64,000 nt of DNA from Candidatus Harrisonbacteria bacterium. GTDB lineage: Bacteria; Patescibacteriota; Minisyncoccia; UBA6257; 1-14-0-10-44-23. The translations under genes and the position numbers were made by a program. Positions 27,294-38,539 of the stretch are shown one piece after another. The notes beneath the pieces are model-generated. The model had not been told where the DNA came from. It was given only the letters and a program-made list of their open reading frames with translations, and ran no database searches. The first letter of the stretch is position 1. Each line of letters starts with the position of its first letter. The stretch covers positions 94,255 through 158,254 of the forward strand of contig JAHFLF010000001.1 in NCBI GenBank assembly GCA_023255625.1, written 5' to 3'.

Positions 27294-27776
27294 CTACTTC
27301 GGCCGGCTCGGCTCCTCCAGGATGATCGGGAGCCGAACCGCTTCTTCGGACAGAGCCCCGTCCGAGGAATACTCGTACCACTTCGGTCCGCCGCTCCTGA
27401 TACGAATGCCGACGATGCCGCCGTCAGCCGCGATCTCCAGCGGAAACCTGCCGAAGCCCTCATCCTCGTAGACGACCGTCCTGTCTCCGCTTGGCAGCCA
27501 GAGACCCTTCTTCCAGCAGATGACCCATTCGTGGGTCCCGGGCACGGACCAGACATAGAAGGTCGTCGCGGCCTTGTTCGTCTTGGCCATCCGCCGGACC
27601 TCCGAGAGGAAGGTGCAGTGTCCAACGAACTCCGCCGGTAGCTCCTGGACGATCCGCCAGTCCGTCTTCTCCTGTGCCTGCAGCTCGTCGCGCCACTTGC
27701 CCGGCCACACGAAACCGAAGAAGGCCACGACCACTGCAACTCCGAGAATCCTTCCGAACAACGAACTAATGGACAT
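27294..27776 (-). CDS. orphan membrane-anchored protein, SD-led
   Basis: AGGAGGTCTCAAG-ATG; N-terminal TM. Confidence 0.6.
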   Translation of the reverse strand: MSISSLFGRILGVAVVVAFFGFVWPGKWRDELQAQEKTDWRIVQELPAEFVGHCTFLSEVRRMAKTNKAATTFYVWSVPGTHEWVICWKKGLWLPSGDRTVVYEDEGFGRFPLEIAADGGIVGIRIRSGGPKWYEYSSDGALSEEAVRLPIILEEPSRPK

Positions 27777-27880
27777 CTTGAGACCTCCTGCCCCGCGAAA
27801 CCCGCCATGGGCTCGCTTTGGGACAAACTCACCATGCAACTTTTTTAACTTTTTTGCAACCGAGTAGGAAAATACCTTGA

Positions 27881-27949
27881 AGCAGCCAACCGACTCATTC
27901 TCGCGAGAATGTGAGTCCAATTTCTCGCGAAATGAGTCGGTTGGCTGCT
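27881..27949. repeat. near-perfect inverted repeat with arms of about 30 bp
   Basis: AGCAGCCAACCGACTCATT... / ...AATGAGTCGGTTGGCTGCT. Confidence 0.85.
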
Positions 27950-28160
27950 ATACAAAAATTTGCTATACTCTGCATGTTAGTTTCTCGTTTTTTTCTGGAT
28001 TGCCGCGCCCGTCCGCCAGAGGCGGACAAGCTCGCAATGACAGAAAAGAGGAAAAACTAAAATTAAATTATTCTCCTTATGTCCAAGTTCGTACATTTAC
28101 ATACCCCGAACCAGAGCCCGCTGGCACGGTACGGGGCTTCGCTCACTACCTCCTCCCGCT

Positions 28161-31100
28161 ATGAGTAAGTTCGTTCATTTACATACTCATAGTCACTATT
28201 CGTTGCTGGACGGGATGAGTAAAATTCCAGACTTGATTGCTAAAGTCAAAGAGTTAGGAATGACTGCGGTTGCAGTTACTGACCACGGAAATCTTTACGG
28301 TGCCGTTGAATTTTACAAAGAAGCAACTAAAGCCGGCATCAAGCCGATTCTTGGTGTTGAGGCCTATATCGCGCCCGGCGATCACAAAGATAAAAATGCA
28401 GGGGTTGGCGAGGACAAGTATTATCACTTGATTCTTTTGGTTAAAAACGAAACGGGCTGGAAAAATCTACTACAACTGGTGACAGAGTCCTGGCTGCACG
28501 GCTTTTATTATCGCCCGCGCATGGACAAAGCGATGCTACGCGAACGGCACGAAGGACTTATCGCCACTTCAGCGTGTCTGGGCGGCGAACTCTCGCAGCT
28601 TATTTTAAAAAATCAATTAGACGCGGCAGAAAAACTGATTTACGAATATCAAGAAATTTTTGGTAAGGAAAATTTTTATATTGAAATTGGGCGGCATCCA
28701 AAAATTGCTGATATTGAAAAGGTAAATCCGCACCTGATCGCGCTATCAAAGAAAACAGGCGCTCCCCTTGTGGCAACGCAGGACAGCCATTACTTAAATG
28801 CCGATGACAAAGATGTCCATGATATTCTCCTCGCCATCCAAACCGGTAAGAAAGTCAGTGACCCAAAAAAGTTTACGCTGACTGATGACTTTTCGGTAAA
28901 AAGCGGCGAGGAGATGGAAAAAATATTTGCCGATCTACCAGAGGCCATAGAAAACACGACAAAAATCGCCGACCAGTGCACCTTTAAACTTGAGCTCGGC
29001 AAAATTTTGCTACCGAAGTTTGACACGCCCGACGGCAGCGAGTCAAAAGTCTATCTGCGGAAACTTATTGCAGAGCGGACGCAGGAGCGCTATTCGAATC
29101 CGGACGAGATAACCAAACAGCGCATTGAGTACGAACTTGGCATTGTTGAACGCACCGGTTTTGCCGACTACTTTTTAATCGTGCAGGACTTTATTAACTG
29201 GGCCAAGGATCGTGGCGTTGTGGTCGGCCCGGGCCGCGGATCTGCCGCCGGAAGTATCCTCTCCTATATACTCCGTATCACCGACCTTGACCCGATACAC
29301 TACGAACTGCTTTTTGAACGCTTCTTAAACCCGGAACGAATTCAAATGCCGGATATTGACGTGGACATCACCGATGTTCGCCGCGACGAGGTCTTTGGAT
29401 ATCTGAAAGAGCGGTACGGCGAGGACCGAGTTGCCCACATTATTACCTTTGGAACCATGGCTGCGCGTGCCAGTATCCGCGATGTCGGCCGCGCCTTAGA
29501 CATTGAACTCGCCTTCTGCGACCGGCTCGCCAAGCTCATCCCCTTTAATAAAGACCTTGATGAATCACTCGGCGAGGTTAGCGAGCTTGCACAACTGTAT
29601 AAAACTGACGAACGGGCCAAAAAAATTATAGACGCCGCAAAAAAATTAGAGGGTGTTGCCCGCCACGCCTCGGTACACGCCTGCGGCACGGTTATTGCGG
29701 CTGAACCGCTGCCGCTGCGCGTTCCGCTTCAGCATGCGCCACAGGACGAGAATGTAACGCTTACGCAGTTTGAAATGCACTCCATTGAAGACCTAGGTAT
29801 TTTGAAAATTGATATTCTGGGACTTAAAAACCTGACTATAATAGAAGATACGATTCGGCTGGTGCAGGAAAAAACTAGTGAGCTGCTTAATTTGAGCACT
29901 CTGCCGCTTGATGACAAACCAACTTTTGAACTGCTCCAGCGCGCCGACACGGTATCGGTTTTCCAGCTTGAGTCGGGCGGTATGCGGCGGTACTTAAAAG
30001 AATTAAAACCGACCGAGCTAGAAGATATCATCGCAATGGTATCTCTCTACCGACCCGGACCGATGGAACTTATTCCTTCATATATTGCTCGCAAATTTGG
30101 TAAAGAAGCCGTTACTTATCTGCACCCAAAGCTAGAGCCGATCATGAGTAAAACATTTGGCATCGGCATCTACCAGGAGCAGATGATGCGCATCGCCAGC
30201 GACCTGGCCGGCTACACACTTGCAGAGGCCGACACGCTGCGTAAAGCCATTGGTAAAAAAATCAAAAAACTTTTAGACGAGCAGGAGGTTAAACTTGTCC
30301 AGGGCATGATTAAAAATGGTATCCCCGAACGCACCGCGCGCGCTATCTGGGACCTATTTCCGCCATTTGCCCGTTATGGGTTTAACAGAAGTCATAGTGC
30401 ATGTTACGCCATGATCGCCTACCGCACCGCCTACCTCAAGGCACACTACCCAACAGAATTTATGACTGCAGCACTTAACTCCGATAGCAGTGACATTGAT
30501 CGCATCTCATTTTTAATCGGCGAGGCAAAAAAATCTGGCGTGCAAGTGCTCCCGCCGGATATCAACAAGAGCGCGCAAAAATTCGCACCCGAGGGCTCGC
30601 ACATTCGATTTGGCTTAGATGCTGTTAAAAATGTTGGATCCAATATTGTTGCCGCAGTGATTGAGGAGCGAAGCCGTGGTGGTGAGTTTGCAACATTTAA
30701 TGACCTGCTCACCCGCGTGAAACACAAAGATTTAAATAAAAAATCGCTTGAGTCTCTGATTAAATGCGGTGCGCTAGACTCATTTAATATTGAACGCAAC
30801 ACTTTACTCGGCAGCATTGATGAGATTACTAAGTTTGCCCAGACGGCGCGCAAAACAGCAGGCAACGAGACTGGTCAATCAGCCGGACTCTTTGGCGCAA
30901 GCTTTGTCTCAACCGCCGCGCCAAAAGCACTACAACTGAAAGATGCAGCACCGGCCACCAAAAAAGAAAAATTGGCGTGGGAAAAGGAATTGCTCGGCCT
31001 GTATGTTTCAGATCATCCCCTCTCTATGCACGCTGACATGATTGCGACGATGAAACCGTCAAAGATAAAAGATATTTTATTAGAACGATCAAATGTTAAA

Positions 31101-31343
31101 AATTATCGCGTCTGCGGCATGATTAATTCGGTCAAGTCCATCATCACCAAAACCGGTAAGCCGATGTGTTTTGCAAAAGTTGAGGATCATACCGGTTCAG
31201 TCGAAGTTGTGGTATTTTCGGATATATATGTTCAACATCAGCAATGTTTTAAAGAGGGCGCGGTTGTCGTCGTTGTCGGAAAATTAAATTTTAGAAATGG
31301 TGAGGTTTCGCTGGTCGCCGACCAGGTAAAGGAGATACAATAA
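28161..31343 (+). CDS. dnaE: DNA polymerase III alpha subunit
   Basis: HLHTHSHYSLLDG, GRGSAAGS, PDIDVD, YGFNRSHS. Confidence 0.98.
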   Translation: MSKFVHLHTHSHYSLLDGMSKIPDLIAKVKELGMTAVAVTDHGNLYGAVEFYKEATKAGIKPILGVEAYIAPGDHKDKNAGVGEDKYYHLILLVKNETGWKNLLQLVTESWLHGFYYRPRMDKAMLRERHEGLIATSACLGGELSQLILKNQLDAAEKLIYEYQEIFGKENFYIEIGRHPKIADIEKVNPHLIALSKKTGAPLVATQDSHYLNADDKDVHDILLAIQTGKKVSDPKKFTLTDDFSVKSGEEMEKIFADLPEAIENTTKIADQCTFKLELGKILLPKFDTPDGSESKVYLRKLIAERTQERYSNPDEITKQRIEYELGIVERTGFADYFLIVQDFINWAKDRGVVVGPGRGSAAGSILSYILRITDLDPIHYELLFERFLNPERIQMPDIDVDITDVRRDEVFGYLKERYGEDRVAHIITFGTMAARASIRDVGRALDIELAFCDRLAKLIPFNKDLDESLGEVSELAQLYKTDERAKKIIDAAKKLEGVARHASVHACGTVIAAEPLPLRVPLQHAPQDENVTLTQFEMHSIEDLGILKIDILGLKNLTIIEDTIRLVQEKTSELLNLSTLPLDDKPTFELLQRADTVSVFQLESGGMRRYLKELKPTELEDIIAMVSLYRPGPMELIPSYIARKFGKEAVTYLHPKLEPIMSKTFGIGIYQEQMMRIASDLAGYTLAEADTLRKAIGKKIKKLLDEQEVKLVQGMIKNGIPERTARAIWDLFPPFARYGFNRSHSACYAMIAYRTAYLKAHYPTEFMTAALNSDSSDIDRISFLIGEAKKSGVQVLPPDINKSAQKFAPEGSHIRFGLDAVKNVGSNIVAAVIEERSRGGEFATFNDLLTRVKHKDLNKKSLESLIKCGALDSFNIERNTLLGSIDEITKFAQTARKTAGNETGQSAGLFGASFVSTAAPKALQLKDAAPATKKEKLAWEKELLGLYVSDHPLSMHADMIATMKPSKIKDILLERSNVKNYRVCGMINSVKSIITKTGKPMCFAKVEDHTGSVEVVVFSDIYVQHQQCFKEGAVVVVVGKLNFRNGEVSLVADQVKEIQ

Positions 31344-31347
31344 ATTT

Positions 31348-31806
31348 ATGGGAATATTTGATCGACTGGTTAGTCTTGTGGCGAAGAAAAAAATAGAGGA
31401 TCCGGCAGTTGAAACTCCTACCCAGGAGATGGCGGAAATGACTCCGCACGAAGAAATTCCGACTGCAAAAGAAATGCCAGAAGATTTAAGGACCGCCGAA
31501 TATACACCCGCGGAGCGTTTTTATAGCGCGGTATATGAGATTGCCGCCACGCTCGGAGGCCGGGTCGTTGACAAAGCCGGACCCATACTTGTTGGAGTAG
31601 GATTCAAAAACCAGGAGGATGTTGAGGCATATTACGAATTCTTAAAACGAAACACTTTTTTGAGAGAAAAAGGAGTTAAAATAGATTTTGAAAATGACTT
31701 CCGTCAAATAGGTGTTCAGGATGACCTGGCGGTTGGCGAGGTCCGATGGATGCGGGGCGGCGGAGAATTTCCTTGGGTCGTGCGCTTTAAACCAAACTGG
31801 GATTAG
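31348..31806 (+). CDS. hypothetical protein
   Basis: 152-aa ORF between dnaE and thrS. Confidence 0.6.
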   Translation: MGIFDRLVSLVAKKKIEDPAVETPTQEMAEMTPHEEIPTAKEMPEDLRTAEYTPAERFYSAVYEIAATLGGRVVDKAGPILVGVGFKNQEDVEAYYEFLKRNTFLREKGVKIDFENDFRQIGVQDDLAVGEVRWMRGGGEFPWVVRFKPNWD

Positions 31807-31832
31807 AGTATAATACATAAACTTTCAACTGT

Positions 31833-33581
31833 ATGGACTCACATCAAAATCTAGACGGAATCAGACATACCCTAGCCCATCTGCTCGCCGCTACCGTGCG
31901 GGATCTTTACCCCGGCGCGCAAAACGCCATCGGCCCGGCAATCGAAAACGGTTTTTACCAGGACTTTGAGCTGCCCGCGCCCATTTCTGACGCGGATCTG
32001 CAAAAAATCGAAAACAAAATGCGCGCCAAGCTCAAGCACTGGACCAGGTCCGAAAAGCGCGAAGTGAGTATCGAAGAGGCGCTCAAAGAGTTCTCGTGGA
32101 ACAAATATAAAACCGAGCTGATTAATGATTTTGCTAAAGAAGGCAAAACCATCACCTTCTACACGCTCGGCGACTTTGTCGATCTCTGCAAAGGCGGCCA
32201 CTCCTCTAACCCGGCAAAAGAAGTCGATCCGACCGCTTTCAAACTAACCAAACTTGCCGGCGCCTACTGGCGCGGCGACGAAAAAAAGGCGCAACTCACC
32301 CGTATCTACGGCGTAGCTTTTTCTAGCAAGACTGAACTCGACGGTTACCTCACCATGATGGCGGAAGCGGAAAAGCGCGACCACAAAAAACTCGGGCCGG
32401 CCCTAGACCTGTTTGTCTTTTCGGACTTAGTTGGTTCCGGGCTACCATTGTGGACGCCAAAGGGAACAATGCTGCGCAATACGCTTGATAATTTTGTTTG
32501 GGCACTACGACATGAAGCTGGATATGAAAAGGTAGAAGTTCCGCACATTACAAAGAAAGAGCTCTACATAACCAGCGGGCATTGGGATAAATACAAGGAC
32601 GATTTATTTAAAATAAATACTCGCGAGGGACATGTGTTTGCGATGAAGCCAATGAACTGCCCGCACCACACGCAAATTTATAATCGTAAGCAGTGGAGCT
32701 ACCGAGAGCTTCCCCAACGATATTGTAATACAACGACCTGTTACCGCGACGAACAAACCGGTGAGCTTTCAGGGCTTTCAAGAGTGCGTGCTTTTGCTCA
32801 AGACGATGCTCATGTTTTTTGCCGTATATCGCAAGCGAAAGAAGAACTGCAAAAAATTTGGAATATTGTACATGTCTTTTATGGCGCCTTCGGGATGCCG
32901 CTGAGACTTCGCCTCTCCCTGCGCGATCCGGCGCATCCGGAAAAATATCTCGGCAATCAGGAACACTGGGACAAGGCTGAAAAAATATTGCGAGAAATCG
33001 CGAAAGAAAATAAAACCGAATACTTTGAAGCTCCGGGCGAGGCAGCCTTTTATGCACCAAAATTAGACTTTTTGGCAAAAGATTCAATTGGGCGCGAGTG
33101 GCAGGTTGCCACAATCCAACTCGATGTTAATATGCCAGAACGCTTTGATCTTACATGCATTGCCGAAGACGGCTCCAAAGAACGAATTGTTATGCTTCAT
33201 GCAGCAATCATGGGCTCTATCGAAAGATTTCTATCAGTGCTTATAGAACACACTGCTGGCCACTTCCCTCTCTGGCTTAGTCCGGTGCAGGCCCGCATTA
33301 TCGCCGTGTCAGAAAAATTCCAAAACTATGGCGAGGAGATTTTAAAACAGCTCAAAGCCGCCGGAATACGCGCAGAGCTCGCCGACTCAAATGAAACTCT
33401 TGGCAAACGGATCCGTGCCGCGCAAGTGGAAAAAATTCCGTATGTCTTAGTTGTTGGCGAGAAAGAGGTTGAGGCAAAGACAGTTTCCGTCAGACATCAT
33501 AAGAGGGGCGACGATGGCGCGCCAACCCTCTCCGAACTCATCCAAAAAATGCAAAAAGAAATTGTCGAAAAATCTCAATAA
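31833..33581 (+). CDS. thrS: threonine--tRNA ligase
   Basis: DLCKGGH, KPMNCPHH, GSIERF. Confidence 0.98.
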   Translation: MDSHQNLDGIRHTLAHLLAATVRDLYPGAQNAIGPAIENGFYQDFELPAPISDADLQKIENKMRAKLKHWTRSEKREVSIEEALKEFSWNKYKTELINDFAKEGKTITFYTLGDFVDLCKGGHSSNPAKEVDPTAFKLTKLAGAYWRGDEKKAQLTRIYGVAFSSKTELDGYLTMMAEAEKRDHKKLGPALDLFVFSDLVGSGLPLWTPKGTMLRNTLDNFVWALRHEAGYEKVEVPHITKKELYITSGHWDKYKDDLFKINTREGHVFAMKPMNCPHHTQIYNRKQWSYRELPQRYCNTTTCYRDEQTGELSGLSRVRAFAQDDAHVFCRISQAKEELQKIWNIVHVFYGAFGMPLRLRLSLRDPAHPEKYLGNQEHWDKAEKILREIAKENKTEYFEAPGEAAFYAPKLDFLAKDSIGREWQVATIQLDVNMPERFDLTCIAEDGSKERIVMLHAAIMGSIERFLSVLIEHTAGHFPLWLSPVQARIIAVSEKFQNYGEEILKQLKAAGIRAELADSNETLGKRIRAAQVEKIPYVLVVGEKEVEAKTVSVRHHKRGDDGAPTLSELIQKMQKEIVEKSQ

Positions 33582-33615
33582 ATGCCGAAGGGTCGTCCGT
33601 AGACGACCCTCGGTG
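33582..33615. terminator. hairpin between convergent thrS and orphan cassette
   Basis: CCGAAGGGTCGTC...GACGACCCTCGG. Confidence 0.55.
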
Positions 33616-33689
33616 CTCGCCGGATTTTGCCGACGACGCACGGACTAGCCGTACGATTTTCATGACGAATCCAACATCTCTACCTCCTT

Positions 33690-34001
33690 CTAGAAAAGAA
33701 TCTCCTCGACTTGGAAGATCTGGAAGCGCCTTGTGGTGGCGTAGTCCCCCTCTAGCATCAGGAGGCCGTCACCAATCTGCGGATTAAAGTCTCCGCAGTG
33801 AAGAGGTTGCCCCTGCTCAAGGATTCCGAGAGAGGGCTTCAATCGCTGACACACATCGAAGGTATTGTCTTGCACTGCGTGAAGCTCGTGCTCGTGCAGA
33901 CTACCTCGAATGTGCGCCCTCCCAATTGAACCAACCCTGAGGAGCAAATCCCCAAAGAGCGGGCGCAGCTTAGGAGTTACTGCTATGATCCAAAGTCTCA
34001 T
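33690..34001 (-). CDS. orphan protein, SD-led
   Basis: AGGAGGTGCC-ATG. Confidence 0.5.
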   Translation of the reverse strand: MRLWIIAVTPKLRPLFGDLLLRVGSIGRAHIRGSLHEHELHAVQDNTFDVCQRLKPSLGILEQGQPLHCGDFNPQIGDGLLMLEGDYATTRRFQIFQVEEILF

Positions 34002-34329
34002 GGCACCTCCTGGTTTCGTGGAAGAACATCTCCTCGTGTCTGGTATCTAGTTCGACGACCACCAGAACACTGGAGCAAGTGGTTCGTTCCGCGCGTCTTC
34101 CTTCGCGCGATACCATGGGCAGCTTCTCTTTAGACTGCAGCCGAGCGATCACTCGCCAAGCCGCCGCATCTTGTCGTTCGTAGAGCACGACCGCCCTCGT
34201 CCCGACAAGCTGCTTGAGCTCGGCCACCGTGACTGCACCACAGAAACCGACGCCGCACGAGTGTCCTGGTGCAACTCGTCCGCTATCTCCTCGTTGAGTG
34301 ACAAGCCAAAACAACGCCGCCTCTTCCAT
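33970..34329 (-). CDS. orphan protein, SD-led
   Basis: AGGAGGGAGGAGTTC-ATG. Confidence 0.5.
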   Translation of the reverse strand: MEEAALFWLVTQRGDSGRVAPGHSCGVGFCGAVTVAELKQLVGTRAVVLYERQDAAAWRVIARLQSKEKLPMVSREGRRAERTTCSSVLVVVELDTRHEEMFFHETRRCHETLDHSSNS

Positions 34330-34342
34330 GAACTCCTCCCTC

Positions 34343-34741
34343 CTACTTTGTCTTCATGAGACTCTGTGCGAGAAGAGGGGGTGGCCCATCGCCGTACACC
34401 GCCCAGTCCAGCGGAAAGACCTTGCCTGCTCCCTCTGGACTCACCGTGAAGATGACGAGAAGACCGGGTTCTGCCTTGCCGACGATCTGCGCCGCAACTA
34501 CCGCACTGGACCCGCGTGGAACATCCAGCGGATACCCCTTGAACTGCGATATCGAGCCCGTGACGAGCCCGCTATACGGCTGGCTGATCGTCACCTCGCC
34601 CTTCTTGGCCGGCTTTGGCTTCTGCTCATCCAACTGCTTGCGCAGACGAACATTCTCCTCATTGAGAAAGAGCGCTGCGAGAAACGCTCCGACAGCGAAC
34701 ACTCCGACGACCACCATTAGATCGCCTGTAATGTCTTTCAC
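34343..34741 (-). CDS. orphan membrane-anchored protein, SD-led
   Basis: AAGGAGGCAATC-GTG; promoter TTGACT-17-TATTCT at 34813. Confidence 0.55.
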   Translation of the reverse strand: MKDITGDLMVVVGVFAVGAFLAALFLNEENVRLRKQLDEQKPKPAKKGEVTISQPYSGLVTGSISQFKGYPLDVPRGSSAVVAAQIVGKAEPGLLVIFTVSPEGAGKVFPLDWAVYGDGPPPLLAQSLMKTK

Positions 34742-34919
34742 GATTGCCTCCTTACCGAAACGACAATGCGCCGTTTGGAAAATCAGAATATAATATTTTT
34801 TATATTTAGTCAATTTTCCCAGTTGCACTACGGCTAATTTTTTGCTAAAATATATCTATCGTTTTTAAATTTCTCTTACGCATTAACCGACTAACTGTCG
34901 ACCGACTAACCGACTAACT

Positions 34920-35564
34920 ATGCTGATTAACTGGTACGGCGAAGGATGTTTTAAAATTGTTGAAAATGGCGTGACGATAATGACCGACCCGGTTGAATCA
35001 TACACCGGGCTTTCTGCGCCGCGTTTTAAGACTGACATCATTCTCAAGACAATTATGAACCCGCTTACACCGGAGGACGAAAAACCGGTTTCGGCCAATG
35101 CTGTATCTGGCGAGGAGGCAGCGATGATGATCGCCGGCCCCGGCGAATACGAAGCAAAAGGAATTCAAATCCTGGGCTGGCCGCTGACCAAAAGCGGCGA
35201 TAAAGATGTACTGCGCAGCATTTTCAAAATCAAAACTGACGATCTCTCGGTAGGGCTCCTTGGCCACTTGGCCGATTTTAATGATCCGGAAATTTTAGAG
35301 GAGCTCGGCGAGGTTGATATTTTGATTGTACCGGCCGGCGGCGCACCTTATATAGCGCAAGATGCAGCGGCAAAACTAATCCGGCAAATTGCGCCAAAAT
35401 TAGTTATCCCCTGTTTCTTTAAAGTCCCGGGGCTGAAACGCAAAAGCGATGATGCTACAGAATTTCTCAAACAACTTGGCATGAAAAGCGTCCCGACTGA
35501 AAAAATATCAATTAAAAAGAAAGAGTTGGGAGAAAAAATGCAGGTCGCGGTTCTGACTCTTTAA
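34920..35564 (+). CDS. MBL-fold hydrolase-like protein
   Basis: INWYGEGCFKI, GPGEYE, VDILIVPAGG; His motif degenerate. Confidence 0.75.
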   Translation: MLINWYGEGCFKIVENGVTIMTDPVESYTGLSAPRFKTDIILKTIMNPLTPEDEKPVSANAVSGEEAAMMIAGPGEYEAKGIQILGWPLTKSGDKDVLRSIFKIKTDDLSVGLLGHLADFNDPEILEELGEVDILIVPAGGAPYIAQDAAAKLIRQIAPKLVIPCFFKVPGLKRKSDDATEFLKQLGMKSVPTEKISIKKKELGEKMQVAVLTL

Positions 35565-35568
35565 GCCG

Positions 35569-35883
35569 ATGCGCAAATTCATCAAACATATTCAGGGACA
35601 GGAGTACGAGCAGAGAAAAAGATGGCTCATTCTACTTTGTACGATCGCCGGATTATTGGTTATCGGAATCTGGATCCTTTCAATGCGTGCGCTGAATTCA
35701 GATGTAGTCGGAAAATCTGAAACAGCAACAACAGAAAACGGCCAGGCCAGCACGCTAGAGTCGCTGGGCCAAAAAATAAAAGCCGGTTGGAACAAGGCCA
35801 AGGCAGATATCTCGAGCACAGTGATAGAATTTAAAAAAGCCGCCAGCAGCACTCAATTTGAAGCCGAAGCCCCTAATCCTTAA
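35569..35883 (+). CDS. membrane-anchored hypothetical protein
   Basis: Single TM. Confidence 0.6.
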   Translation: MRKFIKHIQGQEYEQRKRWLILLCTIAGLLVIGIWILSMRALNSDVVGKSETATTENGQASTLESLGQKIKAGWNKAKADISSTVIEFKKAASSTQFEAEAPNP

Positions 35884-35901
35884 TTCATAATTTCTACCCA
35901 G

Positions 35902-38400
35902 ATGGACGAAGAACCAAAAGCAAAAAATAACGCGATCGAGCAGCGGGAAATCACCGATGAGCTAAAAGAAAGCTATCTGGACTATGCCATGAGCGTGATT
36001 GTCGCCCGTGCTCTGCCAGATGTGCGCGACGGCTTAAAGCCGGTGCAGCGCCGGATTCTCTGGGGCATGTGGGACTCGGGCGTAACCGCTGATGCCAAAT
36101 TCCGAAAATCAGCCGACATCGTCGGCGAGGTCATGGGTAAATACCACCCGCACGGCGACTCTTCTATTTACCAAACCATTGTCCGGATGGTTCAGGATTT
36201 TAGTTTCCGTTATCCGCTCTGTATCGGCCAGGGTAATTGGGGTTCGGTAGATGGCGACGAGGCCGCGGCTTATCGTTACACTGAAACCAAACTTGCCCGC
36301 GTGGCCGAGGCGCTACTGGCTGATATTGATAAAGACACTGTGGACTGGACGCCAAACTATTCCGGCACCAAGCAGGAACCAAAATTTTTACCAACTAAAA
36401 TCCCGAGTCTTTTGCTAAACGGTACAGCCGGTATCGCCGTCGGCATGGCCACCAACATTCCGCCACACAATCTGGGCGAGGTTGTTGATGCAACTTTACA
36501 CCTGGCCGATAACCCGAAGGCAACGACCGAGGATCTGACTGAATTTATCAAAGGGCCGGACTTCCCGACCGGCGGCGTCATTTATAATAAAAAAGATATT
36601 TTAGAGTGTTACACCACCGGCCGCGGCCCAATCACCATGCGTGGCGTCGCGGAAATCCGCGAGCGAAAAGGCGCTAAGGGCTTTGATATCGAGGTTACAG
36701 AAATCCCCTACCAAGTTAATAAAAGCGAACTGCTGATGCGCATGGCCGAGCTCGTACAGGAGAAAAAAATCGAGGGCGTACGCGACATCCGCGACGAGAG
36801 CGATAAAAACGGCATGAGCATCGTCATCGAGCTTAAAAATGATGCCAATCCGCAAAAAATCCTGAATCAACTTTTTGAATATACTGATTTGCAGAAAAAC
36901 TTTGCCGTGAACATGGTGGCGCTAACCGACGGCGGATTGCAACCGCAAACTATGTCGTTACGCGATATGCTGGCGGCATTTTTAGATCACCGCAAATTAG
37001 TGGTTAAGCGCCGCGGCGAACACGACCTGCGCAAAGCCAAAGAACGCGAACACATTTTGGAGGGACTGGAAAAAGCGCTTTCGGCAATCGACAAAATCAT
37101 CGCCCTGATCCGCAAATCCGACAGCCGCGAAGAGGCGCACGGCAACTTAATGAAGCAGTTCAAATTCAGCGCTTTGCAGGCAAATGCAATTTTGGAAACC
37201 AAACTGGCGACTCTTGCGCACCTGGAAAGATATAAAATAGAAGAGGAATTGAAAGAAAAACGAAAACTGATTGCCGAACTAGAAGCGCTCTTAAAAAGCA
37301 CGGCAAAAATTCTGGCCGTTATTAAAGAAGAACTAAAAGAAGTCCGGGAACGATTTGGCGACGAGCGACGTACGCGCGTTGTAGCCGGCGGCATAAAGGA
37401 CTTCTCCGAAGAAGACCTGATTGCCAACGAGGAGACGATTATCACGCTTAGCCAGAGCGGCTACATCAAGCGCGTTGCGCCAAGCAGCTTTAAAGTGCAA
37501 AACCGCGGCGGCAAGGGGCTCATCGGCTCCGATGTTGCCGACGACGACTTTATTTCTCAAATCAACTTTGCCCACACGCACGACAACCTGCTCTTCTTTA
37601 CCGACCGCGGTCGCGTCTTCCAAACCAAAGTCTGGGAATTGCCGGCGGCCAGCCGCCAGAGCAAGGGCAAGCCGGTGCACAACTTCCTGGAGATGCCGCT
37701 TGAAGAAAAAGTAAATGCGATTATTACATATCCGAGCGACTTAGGACAAAGGACTAAGGACAAAGGACAGGATGCAAAGTCCTCGGTTCTAAGTTCTATG
37801 TTCTTAGTTATGAGTACAGTCCGCGGCATGATTAAGAAAACGCCGCTGGCCGATTTTGGCAATGTTCGCCGCTCTGGCATTATCGCAATCGGGCTACACA
37901 AAGACGACACTCTGCAGTGGGTTAAACTATCAACTGGTACTGATGAAATAATCATTACGACTCACGACGGCCAGTCAATTCGCTTCCCGGAAAAACAGGC
38001 ACGCTCGATGGGCCGCTCCGCCGCGGGCGTTACCGCGATCAAGCTCAAGGGCAAAGATTTTGTCAGTTCGATGAATGTCATCACAAAGGAGCAGGAAAAA
38101 GAATGTAAGTTGCTCGTGGTGATGAGCAACGGTTATGGCAAACAAACTCCGCTTGGCCAATACCGCCTGCAAAGCCGTGGCGGATCAGGCATCAAAACCG
38201 CCGAGGTTACAGCCAAAACCGGCGCCGTTATGGACGCGCGAATAGTTTCAAATGAAAAAGAACTGATCGCACTTTCAGCCAAGGGCCAGGTTATCCGAAC
38301 TGATATTGGCTCAATCCGAACCGCCTCGCGTGCCACGCAGGGTGTCCGAATTATGAATGTGGAAAGTGGCGACCATGTAATTGGAATCATCTGCTTCTAG
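35902..38400 (+). CDS. gyrA: DNA gyrase subunit A
   Basis: [23 protein letters not shown], GyrA-box QNRGGKG. Confidence 0.98.
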   Translation: MDEEPKAKNNAIEQREITDELKESYLDYAMSVIVARALPDVRDGLKPVQRRILWGMWDSGVTADAKFRKSADIVGEVMGKYHPHGDSSIYQTIVRMVQDFSFRYPLCIGQGNWGSVDGDEAAAYRYTETKLARVAEALLADIDKDTVDWTPNYSGTKQEPKFLPTKIPSLLLNGTAGIAVGMATNIPPHNLGEVVDATLHLADNPKATTEDLTEFIKGPDFPTGGVIYNKKDILECYTTGRGPITMRGVAEIRERKGAKGFDIEVTEIPYQVNKSELLMRMAELVQEKKIEGVRDIRDESDKNGMSIVIELKNDANPQKILNQLFEYTDLQKNFAVNMVALTDGGLQPQTMSLRDMLAAFLDHRKLVVKRRGEHDLRKAKEREHILEGLEKALSAIDKIIALIRKSDSREEAHGNLMKQFKFSALQANAILETKLATLAHLERYKIEEELKEKRKLIAELEALLKSTAKILAVIKEELKEVRERFGDERRTRVVAGGIKDFSEEDLIANEETIITLSQSGYIKRVAPSSFKVQNRGGKGLIGSDVADDDFISQINFAHTHDNLLFFTDRGRVFQTKVWELPAASRQSKGKPVHNFLEMPLEEKVNAIITYPSDLGQRTKDKGQDAKSSVLSSMFLVMSTVRGMIKKTPLADFGNVRRSGIIAIGLHKDDTLQWVKLSTGTDEIIITTHDGQSIRFPEKQARSMGRSAAGVTAIKLKGKDFVSSMNVITKEQEKECKLLVVMSNGYGKQTPLGQYRLQSRGGSGIKTAEVTAKTGAVMDARIVSNEKELIALSAKGQVIRTDIGSIRTASRATQGVRIMNVESGDHVIGIICF

Positions 38401-38402
38401 GG

Positions 38403-38525
38403 CACAAATATCGCAGATTTGCTTTTTAGAGGGACTCTCGGAGCGCGACGGCGCGAGAGCGAGGGCAATTTTTCAGCAGAAAAATATGCCTGTGCCCTCT
38501 AAAAAGCAAAGCTGCGATATTTGTG
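38403..38525 (+). repeat. Y-shaped palindromic element
   Basis: 31-bp arms (1 mismatch) around a conserved two-hairpin core. Confidence 0.85.
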
Positions 38526-38539
38526 GTATCATAAATTCT

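Noticed and set aside
27149-27867. Multiple overlapping ORFs in GC-rich islands and antisense to core genes
   Set aside because: Shadow frames expected at higher GC, lacking SD or promoter support and recognisable motifs.
38381-38539. N-terminal ORF extensions in the track (also 46105, 43420, 27920, 25394, 8257, 7262)
   Set aside because: They read through palindromic elements, leaders or tRNA sequence; downstream starts fit better.
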